From: Snowella sp.
GTDB taxonomy: Bacteria > Cyanobacteriota > Cyanobacteriia > Cyanobacteriales > Microcystaceae
Reading direction: 5' to 3'
DNA length: 64,000 bases
Assembly: GCA_035285545.1 (NCBI GenBank)
Contig: JAYKGY010000070.1
Location: 59,496 to 123,495 of the forward strand
Both the position numbers and the translations under genes were made by a program. The notes below the pieces were generated by a model that was not told the DNA's origin, ran no database searches, and was given only the letters and a program-made list of their open reading frames with translations. The stretch's first letter is position 1. Each line of letters begins with the position of its first letter. Positions 1 to 9,506 of the stretch are shown piece by piece.

Positions 1-2
1 CG

Positions 3-146
3 CCTGAAGCCTTTAATCGTCCCGATGGTTGGTTTAGCTATGCCAAAGGATTTTTGGTCGGCGGTCTTGGCGGTTCGCTCTTTGCCTATCTCATTTTGAC
101 CAATGTGGATGTCTTTAAAAATGCCTTGAGTTTTGCAGGTTTCTAA
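3..146 (+). CDS. 3' end of a PsaL-like protein (photosystem I subunit XI domain); 5' end outside the window
   Basis: Manual translation PEAFNRPDGWFSYAKGFLVGGLGGSLFAYLILTNVDVFKNALSFAGF* matches the PsaL C-terminal helix pattern GW..F/Y..GF.(V/I)GG.GG...AY; not in the ORF track. Confidence 0.7.
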   Translation, partial: PEAFNRPDGWFSYAKGFLVGGLGGSLFAYLILTNVDVFKNALSFAGF

Positions 147-160
147 TGAGTAATACGCCT

Positions 161-182
161 GGGCGTAGCCAATACGCCCCTA
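161..182. repeat. REP-like palindrome GGGCGTA-N5-TACGCCC(CTA)
   Basis: Hairpin between convergent genes; resembles the cyanobacterial GTAGGGGCG...CGCCCCTAC dispersed repeats. Confidence 0.55.
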
Positions 183-198
183 TTCCTTGACAGCACGA

Positions 199-1572
199 TT
201 AGTTTTCAAGTTTAACGCCGCGAATCGCATAATCTAATAACTGCATGGGGTGATAAAGCGGAACCGATTTGCCCTGCTGTTGTAAATGTTTTTGAATTTG
301 CAAAGAACAGCCTGGATTGGATGATGCAATTAAATTTGCGCCTGTATTCAGTAAGTTTCTCACTTTTAGTTGACCAAGTTCTTCCGCGACATCAGGTTGC
401 AACATATTGTAAACCCCTGCACTGCCGCAACATAACGCCGCATCAACGGATTCTTTTAAGGTCACATTGGGAATTTTGGCTAATAATTGACGGGGTTGTA
501 CACTGATTTTTTGTCCATGTAATAAATGGCAGGCATCTTGGTAGGCGATCGCGATTTTGTCATCGGTAATGGGAGATAGCTCAGCAGTAAAACCCACTTC
601 TACCAAAAACTCTTGAATATCGCGAACCTTAGCCACAAATTCTTTAGCTTTTTCCGCATAAATGGGATCATCTTGCAAAATATGGTGATATTCCTTCAAG
701 GTATGCCCACAGCCTGCCGCGTTGATAATGATGTAATCGACCTCTGCGTCTGCAAAACTATCAATCATCTGTCTCGCTAATGCTTGAGCTTGAGCCTCTT
801 GCCCTTGGTGAGCAGGGAGAGCCGCACAACAACCTTGGGATTTGGGAATGACGACTTCACAGCCATTGGCGGTTAAAACTCTAACCGTTGCTTCATTAAC
901 AGGGGAGAAAAAGAGCCGTTGCACACACCCCAAAATCACACCGACTCGATAGCGTTTTTCGGTTTGAGCAGGAATTTCCGTTGGATAGTTTTGTCCAAAG
1001 GATTGACGAGTAATTTTCGGTAAAATCGATTCCATTGCAGCCAAGCGAGGAAAAAACTTTTTCAGTAAGCCTGTCGCTCGAACCAGCTTTTGTAAACCCA
1101 AGGTTTGATAAAGCCAGAAGAACGGTAACAAGACTTGCAACCGTTGAGGATAGGGAAAAAGGTTAAAAATTAAAGTTCTGATCAACCGATCAAAAATATT
1201 TCGGGGTTGATTGCGCTCGACTTGGGGACGGGTAGCGGCGATCAGTTGGTCGTATTGCACCCCAGAAGGACAAGTACTCACACAGGCCAAACACCCTAAG
1301 CAACTATCAAAATGTTGGGTTGTGGTTTCATCTAATGCCGCTTCTCCTTTGTTGATGGCATTCATTAAATAGATCCGTCCTCTGGGAGAATCCATTTCTT
1401 TGCCAATAACGCGATAACTAGGGCAAGTGGCTAAACAAAAACCACAATGAACACAGCTATCAATTAATTTTTGCTCAGGCGGATGTTTGCTATCAAAGCC
1501 TTTAACTTCTTGATTTAATTGTTCTTTAAAATTAAAACTGGAGTTAGAAATAGATGTCTCGGCTGTCTGCAT
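199..1572 (-). CDS. glcF: Glycolate dehydrogenase/oxidase iron-sulfur subunit GlcF
   Basis: CVHCGFCLATCP and CLGCLACVSTCP 4Fe-4S motifs, SPRGRI, two CCG domains; start moved to ATG 1572 (MQTAET) because the longer ORF start lies inside a repeat. Confidence 0.88.
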   Translation of the reverse strand: MQTAETSISNSSFNFKEQLNQEVKGFDSKHPPEQKLIDSCVHCGFCLATCPSYRVIGKEMDSPRGRIYLMNAINKGEAALDETTTQHFDSCLGCLACVSTCPSGVQYDQLIAATRPQVERNQPRNIFDRLIRTLIFNLFPYPQRLQVLLPFFWLYQTLGLQKLVRATGLLKKFFPRLAAMESILPKITRQSFGQNYPTEIPAQTEKRYRVGVILGCVQRLFFSPVNEATVRVLTANGCEVVIPKSQGCCAALPAHQGQEAQAQALARQMIDSFADAEVDYIIINAAGCGHTLKEYHHILQDDPIYAEKAKEFVAKVRDIQEFLVEVGFTAELSPITDDKIAIAYQDACHLLHGQKISVQPRQLLAKIPNVTLKESVDAALCCGSAGVYNMLQPDVAEELGQLKVRNLLNTGANLIASSNPGCSLQIQKHLQQQGKSVPLYHPMQLLDYAIRGVKLEN

Positions 1573-1609
1573 ATTTTTAAATTTTAATATAGTTATAAAT
1601 AAGGTTTTT

Positions 1610-1643
1610 ATCCCCATAAATTCCTCTTTGAAAGAGGGACTTT
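1610..1643 (-). repeat. Degenerate cyanobacterial dispersed palindromic repeat (AAAGTCCCCC...GGGGGATTTAGGGGGAT family)
   Basis: Minus strand reads AAAGTCCCTCTTTCAAAGAGGAATTTATGGGGAT, similar to the copy at 6390-6422. Confidence 0.6.
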
Positions 1644-1953
1644 AAATTCTTAAATTGCTCAATTTTCGCTGAACTAGAGAAGGCGTTTCAGCTTGTTTCT
1701 GCCTTGCAAAAGCCTCATCATCATCCATTTGTTTTCTAATTTCGTCAAAATGATCATGATAATAGGATAAGGCTGCATAAACGTCAGCTAAAGAAATACT
1801 AGGATATTGAGATACAATTTCATCGGGAGATAAGCCTAATTTCTCATGCCAAATGACAATATCTTCCACCCTAATACGATGTCCTGCAATCCGAGGTTTT
1901 CCGCCACAAATGCCCTCTGTAATTTCAATATGGTTAATAATTGTCGCTGTCAT
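1642..1953 (-). CDS. DUF433 family protein (putative antitoxin)
   Basis: I...P/EGICGGKPRIAGHRIRV...YPSISLADVYAALSYY motif. Confidence 0.85.
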   Translation of the reverse strand: MTATIINHIEITEGICGGKPRIAGHRIRVEDIVIWHEKLGLSPDEIVSQYPSISLADVYAALSYYHDHFDEIRKQMDDDEAFARQKQAETPSLVQRKLSNLRI

Positions 1954-1959
1954 AAACAG

Positions 1960-3258
1960 TTAAACACCTCCAACAAAACGTCCGGAATTAAATAAAAAAT
2001 TGGGATCAAATTTTTCTTTTAAACGACGCATTAAGGCTAATCCATTACCTTGATATCCCCACGGTTCATATTGATTTTTGATGGCTTGAGAGGCTTCTAA
2101 AATGGTTAAAAATCCTCGGTTATTTTCACAGCGCGATCGCGTCTGAAGTAATTGACTAATCTCTGAGTCCGTTTCTAATAATAAGCGACCTAAACCGCTA
2201 CCCAGATAAATCTGAGCCAAACTAGGACATTGCTGTAGAAAATTGACAACTTGATTGGGCATCATTCCTATTTTACAGGTGGCCGCCGATACGGTTGTGG
2301 GGGATAACATACGGGTTTTCAATTGCTGCCATAGAGTCGTTTCGGATTCTTCTGTCAAAACGTTATAGGTTAGTCCGACTTTTTCGCCTAGTGTGATTAA
2401 TTGCTTAGCCTGTTCATCCACACTTTCAGGAATATTTTGAAACCGAACTAATAATCCTAAATGATCACCCAAATTCAGCGATCGCATTAAGGGAGCCGAT
2501 AACACATCCGCCGCCGTAGGAGCTAAACCTGATTGCAATAAAGCTTGGCAAGTCGTGGCTAAGGCTTGCGATTCTCCTGTTAATAAAACCGTTTTTGAGG
2601 CTTCGGGTAAGGGATACAGGCGAAAAGTAACTTGGGTAATAACGCCTAACGTGCCATAGGAACCCGTAAACAACTTCATTAAGTCGTAACCCGCCACATT
2701 TTTAACAACTCGTCCCCCTGCTTTGGCAATCTTCCCGTCCCATCGCACAAAGGAAAAACCTAATACTAAATCCCTCACCCCTCCGTAACGTTGTCGCCAA
2801 CTGCCACTATCTGCGGTCGCCATAATGCCGCCAATGGTCGCTTGATCATCGTAGCTAGGATCAATGGGTAAAAATTGACGATGGGGGGCTAAAAATGCCT
2901 GTAAATCTGCCAACTTAACCCCTGCTTCTACGGTAACAGTTAAATCGGCACTGGCATGGTCGATAATACGATTGAGTTTTTGGGTACTGAGGACAAGATC
3001 GGCTTTTTTCACCAATCCTCCCCAGGCTAACTTACTGCCATTGCCACAAAGCAACATTGGCCATTTGTGTTGAGAGGCTTGATTAACAATTACCGATAAG
3101 CTTTCAACCGTTGTAGGGGTTAAATACGTCTGAGGGGGATGTTGAGCCACTGCTTTCTCAATCCGAGCCTGTAACATCGGATCTAACTGTTCCCAAGTCT
3201 GAATTTCCGTTGGGCTATCCAATAAGGATTCGAGTTTAGCGGCGATCACAGCGGCCAT
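1960..3258 (-). CDS. glcE: Glycolate dehydrogenase FAD-binding subunit GlcE
   Basis: ATIGG, GGRVVKNVAGYDLMKLFTGSYGTLGVI, KFDP; upstream of glcF. Confidence 0.85.
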   Translation of the reverse strand: MAAVIAAKLESLLDSPTEIQTWEQLDPMLQARIEKAVAQHPPQTYLTPTTVESLSVIVNQASQHKWPMLLCGNGSKLAWGGLVKKADLVLSTQKLNRIIDHASADLTVTVEAGVKLADLQAFLAPHRQFLPIDPSYDDQATIGGIMATADSGSWRQRYGGVRDLVLGFSFVRWDGKIAKAGGRVVKNVAGYDLMKLFTGSYGTLGVITQVTFRLYPLPEASKTVLLTGESQALATTCQALLQSGLAPTAADVLSAPLMRSLNLGDHLGLLVRFQNIPESVDEQAKQLITLGEKVGLTYNVLTEESETTLWQQLKTRMLSPTTVSAATCKIGMMPNQVVNFLQQCPSLAQIYLGSGLGRLLLETDSEISQLLQTRSRCENNRGFLTILEASQAIKNQYEPWGYQGNGLALMRRLKEKFDPNFLFNSGRFVGGV

Positions 3259-3465
3259 AGAGAGCTGATGACAAAATAGGTATTCACAGCTTACCCTATC
3301 ATGATCGCTATCATTGTCGATAGCGTGGTCAACAGGGTCTAAACACTAAAAATTAACCTGGTCTCATGCCAAATTAATTCATTGAAAGCAGTAATAAGAT
3401 AATCCATGCCATCCCCCCTAGCTCCTTTGAGCAGCAATTAATCCCTATTTGGGGATCAGTCATGG

Positions 3466-4596
3466 CTATTCTTCCCAGAGAGAACGTCCTAGCGCGATCG
3501 CCGCATTTTGACCCCCAAAGCCAAAACTTAAGCAGAGAGCATGATTAATGTGGGCTTGTTGAGATTCTCTGACTAAATTTAAACGAAATTCGGTTTGATT
3601 TAACCCAACACAGGGAGATAAACGCTGATTTTTTAACGCCATTAAGCTAAAAGCCACACTTAACGCCCCTGAAGCTCCTAACGTATGACCTGTCGCGCCT
3701 TTACTAGAGGTTACTGCAATAGTTTTGGCAAAAAGAGATTGAATTAAGGCAGCTTCTCGGCGATCGTTGAGTTGGGTTCCTGTTCCATGAGCATGGATAA
3801 ACTGCACATCATTAGGGCTTAAGTCACTCCGTTGTAAACACTGTTTAATGGCGATCTGGGCACTGCAATTATCCTCTGCCGGTGCGCTAACATGACTGGC
3901 ATCACAGCTAAATCCCCACCCCTTAATTGTTCCGTAACTCTTGGCATTTCGTTTGTTGGCAACTTCAGCAGACTCTAAAATGAAGACGGCTCCCCCTTCT
4001 CCGAGTGCTAATCCCTCCCGCTGCTGATCAAAGGGATAACAACCCGTTTTTGCCAAAGCTCCCATTTGCTGAAATCCGGCTAAGGTTAATGGGGTAATGG
4101 GGACTTCGATCGCGCCTGCTATCGCTCGTTCACACCGTCCCTGTCGTATCAAATCACAGCCTTGACTAATGGCTAAAATTCCCGTTGCACAAGCGGCCAT
4201 TGGGGATAACGCAATTTCTTGGCTGCCAATCTGTCGAACGGTCGCGATCGCGCCTTGATGGGGAAAGGTTTCTAACCAATTTGTTGTGATCGCATAGGGA
4301 GGCGTAGCCATCTGTTCCCAAAGACCTTGGCAACCGCGACTTGAACCAATGACGACCCCGCAAGTTGTCAACGGAGCCGTTAACTGAGCATCCTGAAGCG
4401 CGTCTTGAACAATGAGGTGTATTAATGGATTTAACGATGACGGTTCCTTTCCCATCATTCCCAAGGGAAGCGGCCGAAACGGGTTAAAAGGTCGATGTAA
4501 TTGAATTCCCGACTTGCCTTGAATTAAACGGCTCCAACTGTCCGTTAAATTTCCTAACGCCGATCGTAAACCAATTCCTGTGACGACAATATCCAA
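3466..4596 (-). CDS. Beta-ketoacyl-ACP synthase (FabF-like paralogue)
   Basis: Cys-His-His triad motifs AACATG, HAHGTGT, GHTLGA; C-terminal SFGFGGQN; TTG start. Confidence 0.85.
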   Translation of the reverse strand: MDIVVTGIGLRSALGNLTDSWSRLIQGKSGIQLHRPFNPFRPLPLGMMGKEPSSLNPLIHLIVQDALQDAQLTAPLTTCGVVIGSSRGCQGLWEQMATPPYAITTNWLETFPHQGAIATVRQIGSQEIALSPMAACATGILAISQGCDLIRQGRCERAIAGAIEVPITPLTLAGFQQMGALAKTGCYPFDQQREGLALGEGGAVFILESAEVANKRNAKSYGTIKGWGFSCDASHVSAPAEDNCSAQIAIKQCLQRSDLSPNDVQFIHAHGTGTQLNDRREAALIQSLFAKTIAVTSSKGATGHTLGASGALSVAFSLMALKNQRLSPCVGLNQTEFRLNLVRESQQAHINHALCLSFGFGGQNAAIALGRSLWEE

Positions 4597-4855
4597 GGCT
4601 AATTGATCTGCTTAAAGCAATTTACAGCAATAGTTGATAAATTCAGAAATTAAGGGTTAATTCACTAATCCCAATTAACTTAAATAAAATTGTTAATAGA
4701 CTAACTTTGATCCGCCCTAGCCCCCTTTCAAAGGTTAGAATCCGAAAGCGGAGGGATTAAGCCAATAAACATTGTTTTATGCAAATGGGTATAACGTTTT
4801 AACCCCTAATCTTCGATTAAGACGATGTTTTTAGGATAAAGTCAAAAATTATGGT

Positions 4856-5257
4856 CTAAACTCCCCGTTCAATGGCAGCCGAAGCTTGCTTAAATTCCAT
4901 TTTCAACCGATTTTTCAGCTTTTCAGGAATAGGACGAGTACCATAGGCGGTATAGTAACCTGCCAAGGAATTGAGGGCAGTTTGCATTGTGGTAAAGGAA
5001 CGCAGCCCCCCTGATTTGGTTTCGCGGCGATAACGGGAAATATAGTCGTTAATTTGCTCCCTCGCCTGGGCTTGTACTTCCGATGCGTTAGGCGCATCAC
5101 TCGGTAAATCGAGGGCCGTGGTTAAGGTTTCAATCACCGTCAAAGTGTCTTGGTTATAGTTACCCGTAAGTCCGGTGGCACTAGAACAGCCCGTCAAGCC
5201 GATAACGACGACCAAAACCAGAGCCAATAGACGAGACCAATAATTTTTAAAAGACAT
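4856..5257 (-). CDS. psb27: Photosystem II assembly lipoprotein Psb27
   Basis: Lipobox LTGC; INDYISRYRR; SFTTMQTALNSLAGYY. Confidence 0.95.
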   Translation of the reverse strand: MSFKNYWSRLLALVLVVVIGLTGCSSATGLTGNYNQDTLTVIETLTTALDLPSDAPNASEVQAQAREQINDYISRYRRETKSGGLRSFTTMQTALNSLAGYYTAYGTRPIPEKLKNRLKMEFKQASAAIERGV

Positions 5258-5529
5258 AATTTTACGATTTATTCCTTAATTTATGATCAGAAATTCCTTT
5301 ATCCTATCAGGATCTCGTGCTAAATTTTTGAACTGATGCTGAGCGTGTGGCATGGGGATTGATGGCACAAGATTAGAGTTTGGGTCGTTTAAGTCGTGGA
5401 TTACGGCCCTTGCTGTACGGTTTTGCCCTCGCTAATTGTTTAAATTTAGTGTTACAAAAGAAATATTGACGATTTATCTAGCACGATTGTCTCTATTAGT
5501 CTCATTACACATTTTTTTACTCAACCGCT

Positions 5530-6357
5530 ATGATTTGGCCCCTAAAACCCAAAAGTACCAAACAAATTGCTCGGATTGAAGTTTCAGGCGCGATCGCGGG
5601 AAATACCCGTGACCAGGTACTTAAAGGATTAAAAACCGTTAAAGAAAAAAAATTCCCTGCCCTCCTACTCCGCATTGACTCTCCAGGGGGAACCGTGGTT
5701 GATTCCCAAGAAATTTATGCAGCCCTCAAGGAATTAGGCAAAACGACTAAAATTGTGGCAAGTTTTGGCAATATTTCTGCCTCTGGAGGAGTTTATATTG
5801 GTATGGGAGCCGATCACGTCATCGCTAATCCAGGAACCATTACCGGCAGTATCGGCGTAATTATTCGCGGTAATAACTTAGAAGGACTATTAGATAAAGT
5901 CGGAGTTTCTTTTAAAGTGATTAAATCCGGGCCCTATAAAGATATTTTGTCTTTTGATCGGGAACTCTTAGCCGAAGAACAACAAATTTTACAAGCCTTG
6001 ATCGATAATACCTATCAACAATTTGTCGAAACCGTAGCAGAATCTCGAAAATTGCCCGTAGAAACTGTTAAATCGTTTGCCGATGGTCGCATTTTTTCAG
6101 GTCAACAAGCCCTAGAATTCGGATTAGTCGATCGCGTAGGAACCGAAGAAGATGCTCGTCGTTGGGCCGCCGAATTAGCTGGCTTAGATCCGGAAAAAGC
6201 CGAAATTAATACCATTGAAGAACCCAAACCATTACTCAAAAAAGTCTTAAGTCGCAATCAGCTTTCAATTGATACTCAAAAGGTGAATAGCTTAGTTAAT
6301 TGGCTAGAATTTGAAGTTTCTACCAGTGGGCAACCGCTCTGGTTATATCGCCCCTAG
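5530..6357 (+). CDS. sppA: Signal peptide peptidase SppA (S49, short form)
   Basis: LRIDSPGG, SASGGVY, ITGSIGV, KSGPYKD, ADGRIFSG. Confidence 0.9.
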   Translation: MIWPLKPKSTKQIARIEVSGAIAGNTRDQVLKGLKTVKEKKFPALLLRIDSPGGTVVDSQEIYAALKELGKTTKIVASFGNISASGGVYIGMGADHVIANPGTITGSIGVIIRGNNLEGLLDKVGVSFKVIKSGPYKDILSFDRELLAEEQQILQALIDNTYQQFVETVAESRKLPVETVKSFADGRIFSGQQALEFGLVDRVGTEEDARRWAAELAGLDPEKAEINTIEEPKPLLKKVLSRNQLSIDTQKVNSLVNWLEFEVSTSGQPLWLYRP

Positions 6358-6389
6358 TGATTAGCCCAGATTCCGCTGATCGCTAAAAG

Positions 6390-6422
6390 AAAGTCCCCCA
6401 GAATTGGGAGATTTAGGGGGAT
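6390..6422 (+). repeat. Dispersed palindromic repeat AAAGTCCCCCAGAATTGGGAGATTTAGGGGGAT
   Basis: Hairpin plus TTTAGGGGG tail between convergent genes; relatives at 1610-1643, 3411-3430, 4711-4734 and 43707-43749. Confidence 0.7.
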
Positions 6423-6499
6423 TTTGAAACGTTATTGCAACAGGAAACCCTATCTCGATCACGCAACGCCGCCTTAATGCCATTTTTAGCCCCTAACCA

Positions 6500-7489
6500 T
6501 TAATCAGCACTAATTTCCTTGTAAGCTCCTATCGTGGCTGCTAGATTTTCCTTTTCTAAATCTTCTGGAAAAGAACCAAAGGGCGGTAATACTTCTTGAA
6601 TAAAGGCTTCTGCGGCTTTGGAACGGTAGCGATTCGGATTCAAAATAACATGGAGTGTCCGTCGCACTTCTACGTCCTTAATACGAGCAATATGTAAAAC
6701 ATTCATTTGTAATTCTTTTTCAATGGCCGTTGTTGAAACAAATGCCACCCCTAACCCCGCTTGGACTGCATTTTTAATCGCTTCAATCGAGTTGAGTTCC
6801 ATTTCAATTTTTAAGCGTTTGGTGTCAATGTCACACTGACTTAAAACCTTATCGATAACTTTACGAATGGTAGATTGGGAATCGAGGGTAATAAATTTGA
6901 GCTTATATAAATCTTCTTTTTGAATGGTTTCGACTTTTGCTAAGGGATGAGAGGTCGGTAAAATCAAGGCGAGTTCATCTTCGGCGTAGGGAATCACTTG
7001 CAGAACTTCTTGCAATTCTGAGGGAACTTCTCCCCCAATGATGGCCATATCAACCTGTCCATTGGCGACTCCCCAGGAAGTGCGACGGGTGGAATGAACT
7101 TGTAACTGCACGGAAACATCGGGATATTTTTGGCGAAAAATGCCGATCATGCGGGGTAACAGGTAAGTGCCTGTGGTTTGGGACGCTCCCACAATTAAGG
7201 TTCCTCCCTGAAGATTTTGTAAATCCTCGATCGCGCGACAGGTTTCTTGGCAGAGAGTTAAGACCTTATCGCCGTAGCTCAATAACAAATGCCCCGCTTC
7301 CGTTAACTGGGCTTTGCGTCCTCCCCGATCAAATAAGGGCACATTGAGTTGCCTTTCCAAATTTTGTACCTGTAAACTGACTGCCGGTTGAGACACATAC
7401 AGCGTATCGGCTGCCCGCTTAAAACTGCCTTCTGCCGCGATCGCCTTGAGAATCCGCAGTTGATCTAGGGTAAATGGAATATCTGACAT
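6500..7489 (-). CDS. rbcR: LysR family regulator, RbcR/Ycf30 type
   Basis: [52 protein letters not shown] typical of Ycf30. Confidence 0.8.
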   Translation of the reverse strand: MSDIPFTLDQLRILKAIAAEGSFKRAADTLYVSQPAVSLQVQNLERQLNVPLFDRGGRKAQLTEAGHLLLSYGDKVLTLCQETCRAIEDLQNLQGGTLIVGASQTTGTYLLPRMIGIFRQKYPDVSVQLQVHSTRRTSWGVANGQVDMAIIGGEVPSELQEVLQVIPYAEDELALILPTSHPLAKVETIQKEDLYKLKFITLDSQSTIRKVIDKVLSQCDIDTKRLKIEMELNSIEAIKNAVQAGLGVAFVSTTAIEKELQMNVLHIARIKDVEVRRTLHVILNPNRYRSKAAEAFIQEVLPPFGSFPEDLEKENLAATIGAYKEISAD

Positions 7490-7735
7490 AGGTTTAGGTG
7501 AGAGAAGGAGAAAGAAGCCAATCGCAATGATAAGTTATTCCTATTAAACATGACAGTAGCATAACAGGGGATCGGGTTACTGTCAGATCAAAAAAATCGA
7601 ACTAATCAGACAATTTCGGGCTTTTAATCTCATTATTTTGTTAAGAAATATTATGAATACTCCCCCTGCTCACCCCTGTTATAACTGGTTTGAGTTTTCT
7701 ACGACCCAACCGCTTATTTAAAGGCGTTAATCCCT

Positions 7736-8008
7736 TTAATCATCGTAAAGACGGCATTCATCCGCATCAGGATTTTCTTCACAGTATCTTTGAAAGGCGG
7801 ATTTGGGGGGTTTCTGTTGACTCCGTTGATGGGCGGCTTCGGCTTGCAGTTCTTCTACGCTATCCCAAGCAGCGGCACATTCCGGTGATTGTTCCCCTTT
7901 CGCAGCACAAATTGCTCTGGCTTCTTGGCGGGCTATTTCGATGGCATCGTCAATATTGGCTACCTTGGTGGTATTAATCGAGGTTTGAGTCATATTGTCT
8001 TGTGTCAT
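7736..8008 (-). CDS. cp12: Calvin-cycle protein CP12
   Basis: N-terminal Cys pair, AAWDSVEELQAE core, C-terminal YCEENPDADECRLYDD. Confidence 0.93.
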   Translation of the reverse strand: MTQDNMTQTSINTTKVANIDDAIEIARQEARAICAAKGEQSPECAAAWDSVEELQAEAAHQRSQQKPPKSAFQRYCEENPDADECRLYDD

Positions 8009-8058
8009 AAAAGTGATTTGAGATTTAAAAAAATTGGACAGTGAGGACGAAAACTTAC

Positions 8059-8349
8059 TCAGGAGCTAGGAGCAAATTCCAATATCGAGGAGAGGGGGAA
8101 GAAAGAAAGAGCAAATTCTCGCTTATGGGGATCAGACGCGGTTACATCCTCCCCTAACACGCTTGGAATATGGGCTTCTAGTACGGCTCCGTTTTGCCAA
8201 CAAATCGCCATAAAGTAATCACAGACAGGACACTCTGTTTGGGCGACTTGCTGGGAAGGACATTGTTGGCCTGTCGATAAACAATCGCTTAATAGCCGTT
8301 TACACAAACTGCCACAGTTAGGACAGCGAATTACTAGGTGTTTGTTCAT
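8059..8349 (-). CDS. Small Cys-rich zinc-ribbon-like protein of unknown function
   Basis: CPNCGS...TECPVCDY...C motifs; co-oriented between trx and cp12 with 64 and 50 bp gaps. Confidence 0.7.
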   Translation of the reverse strand: MNKHLVIRCPNCGSLCKRLLSDCLSTGQQCPSQQVAQTECPVCDYFMAICWQNGAVLEAHIPSVLGEDVTASDPHKREFALSFFPLSSILEFAPSS

Positions 8350-8413
8350 TAAGTACCTCTGAAGAGCAGGGTTTGGAATGAGAAAAAACTGTTGAGGGAT
8401 GAGGATTCATGGC

Positions 8414-8755
8414 TCAAGACAAGAAATTTTGGAGGGTACAGCTAAATTCTTCGTAGGGTTTAACACCAATTAAGGTTGTCATTAATTCCCCCTGTTTAAA
8501 GTACAGAACCGCAGGGATACTTTTTAGTCCGAGTCGTTTGGCGACGGTTTTATTATTGTCAAAGTCGAGCTTACAAACCTTGGCGCGATCGCCGTATTCC
8601 TCGGCCAGTTGATCAATAAAAGGCGCAATCACTCGACAAGGCCCGCACCAGGTCGCCGTACAATCGACCACTAATAAAGCTTCTGTCTCTAACAGAGCAT
8701 TAAATTCTTGCTCATTTTGAATAAATGCTGCTTGACCCATGCCGAATAGCTCCAT
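8414..8755 (-). CDS. Thioredoxin
   Basis: WCGPC active site (DCTATWCGPC), SIP cis-Pro loop. Confidence 0.92.
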   Translation of the reverse strand: MELFGMGQAAFIQNEQEFNALLETEALLVVDCTATWCGPCRVIAPFIDQLAEEYGDRAKVCKLDFDNNKTVAKRLGLKSIPAVLYFKQGELMTTLIGVKPYEEFSCTLQNFLS

Positions 8756-8831
8756 TGTTTAGTAATTAAAACGCTGATGTGCAACAAAATTTTATAGAAT
8801 CATTGAAGAAGACCAATTTGAGTTAATGGGA

Positions 8832-8856
8832 ATTGGTTACCTCACCCTTAACCAAT
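8832..8856. promoter_or_regulatory. Perfect inverted repeat ATTGGTTA-N9-TAACCAAT in a divergent promoter region (putative operator)
   Basis: Read directly; a third half-site ACCAATT lies at 8812-8818. Confidence 0.45.
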
Positions 8857-8960
8857 AAAAAGTGTTAGAAGAACGACCGCCATCGCTTTTTCGTTGGAAA
8901 TGAACTCAAGAGGTTGAGTTAGGATAGGATGATAGAACAGGCAATTGGACTGATACCACC

Positions 8961-9308
8961 ATGACAGCAACTCCTTCAAAAGATTTATCTGCTTGGGAAC
9001 GGTTAGAACAAGGTAGACAAGCCAAAGCCATCAGCGGCGGCTATGCAGGCTACGGTTCTCCCGCCTTTGGACAGCAATCGGTGAATGGAGAATTGGTAGC
9101 GGATCCAAACGAGTGCCAAATCATCGAACTTATCCGCCGTCATCACAAATCAGGAAAATCGTTACAGAAGATTGCCGATTGGCTCAATTCTCAGGGCTAT
9201 ACCACCAAACGGGGTCAGCCTTGGCAAAGGATTTCCGTGAAACGAGTTTTGGATCGTCTTTACGGAAAGATGCCGAGAATATCTGGAGTTACATCCCAGC
9301 TTGAGTGA
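8961..9308 (+). CDS. Stand-alone Recombinase (large serine recombinase DNA-binding) domain protein without a catalytic domain
   Basis: ERL..GR.AKA..GGYAGYGSPAFG, E..II..I......G.SL..IADWLN..G..TKRG..W....VKRVL pattern; no N-terminal YxRxS resolvase domain. Confidence 0.8.
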   Translation: MTATPSKDLSAWERLEQGRQAKAISGGYAGYGSPAFGQQSVNGELVADPNECQIIELIRRHHKSGKSLQKIADWLNSQGYTTKRGQPWQRISVKRVLDRLYGKMPRISGVTSQLE

Positions 9309-9506
9309 ACTCCAGAATCGCCTTCCTCATCGTTATATTGATGCCAGAGCAAAGAACCATTAAAACCAAAACTTCTTTTCCAGAGAGGGTTTCAAGGAAT
9401 TTGCCGTAACATCCCTCTATGATACAGTGATCCCGTTGGGATTGCAATAAATTGGCGCACTTTTGTCGAGGGAATTTCCACGTTTTAGAGAACTTGTGGG
9501 GAAAGG

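Noticed and set aside
8961..9308. Active site-specific recombinase or prophage integrase
   Set aside because: No catalytic serine resolvase domain in the ORF or evident upstream, and no mobile-element context
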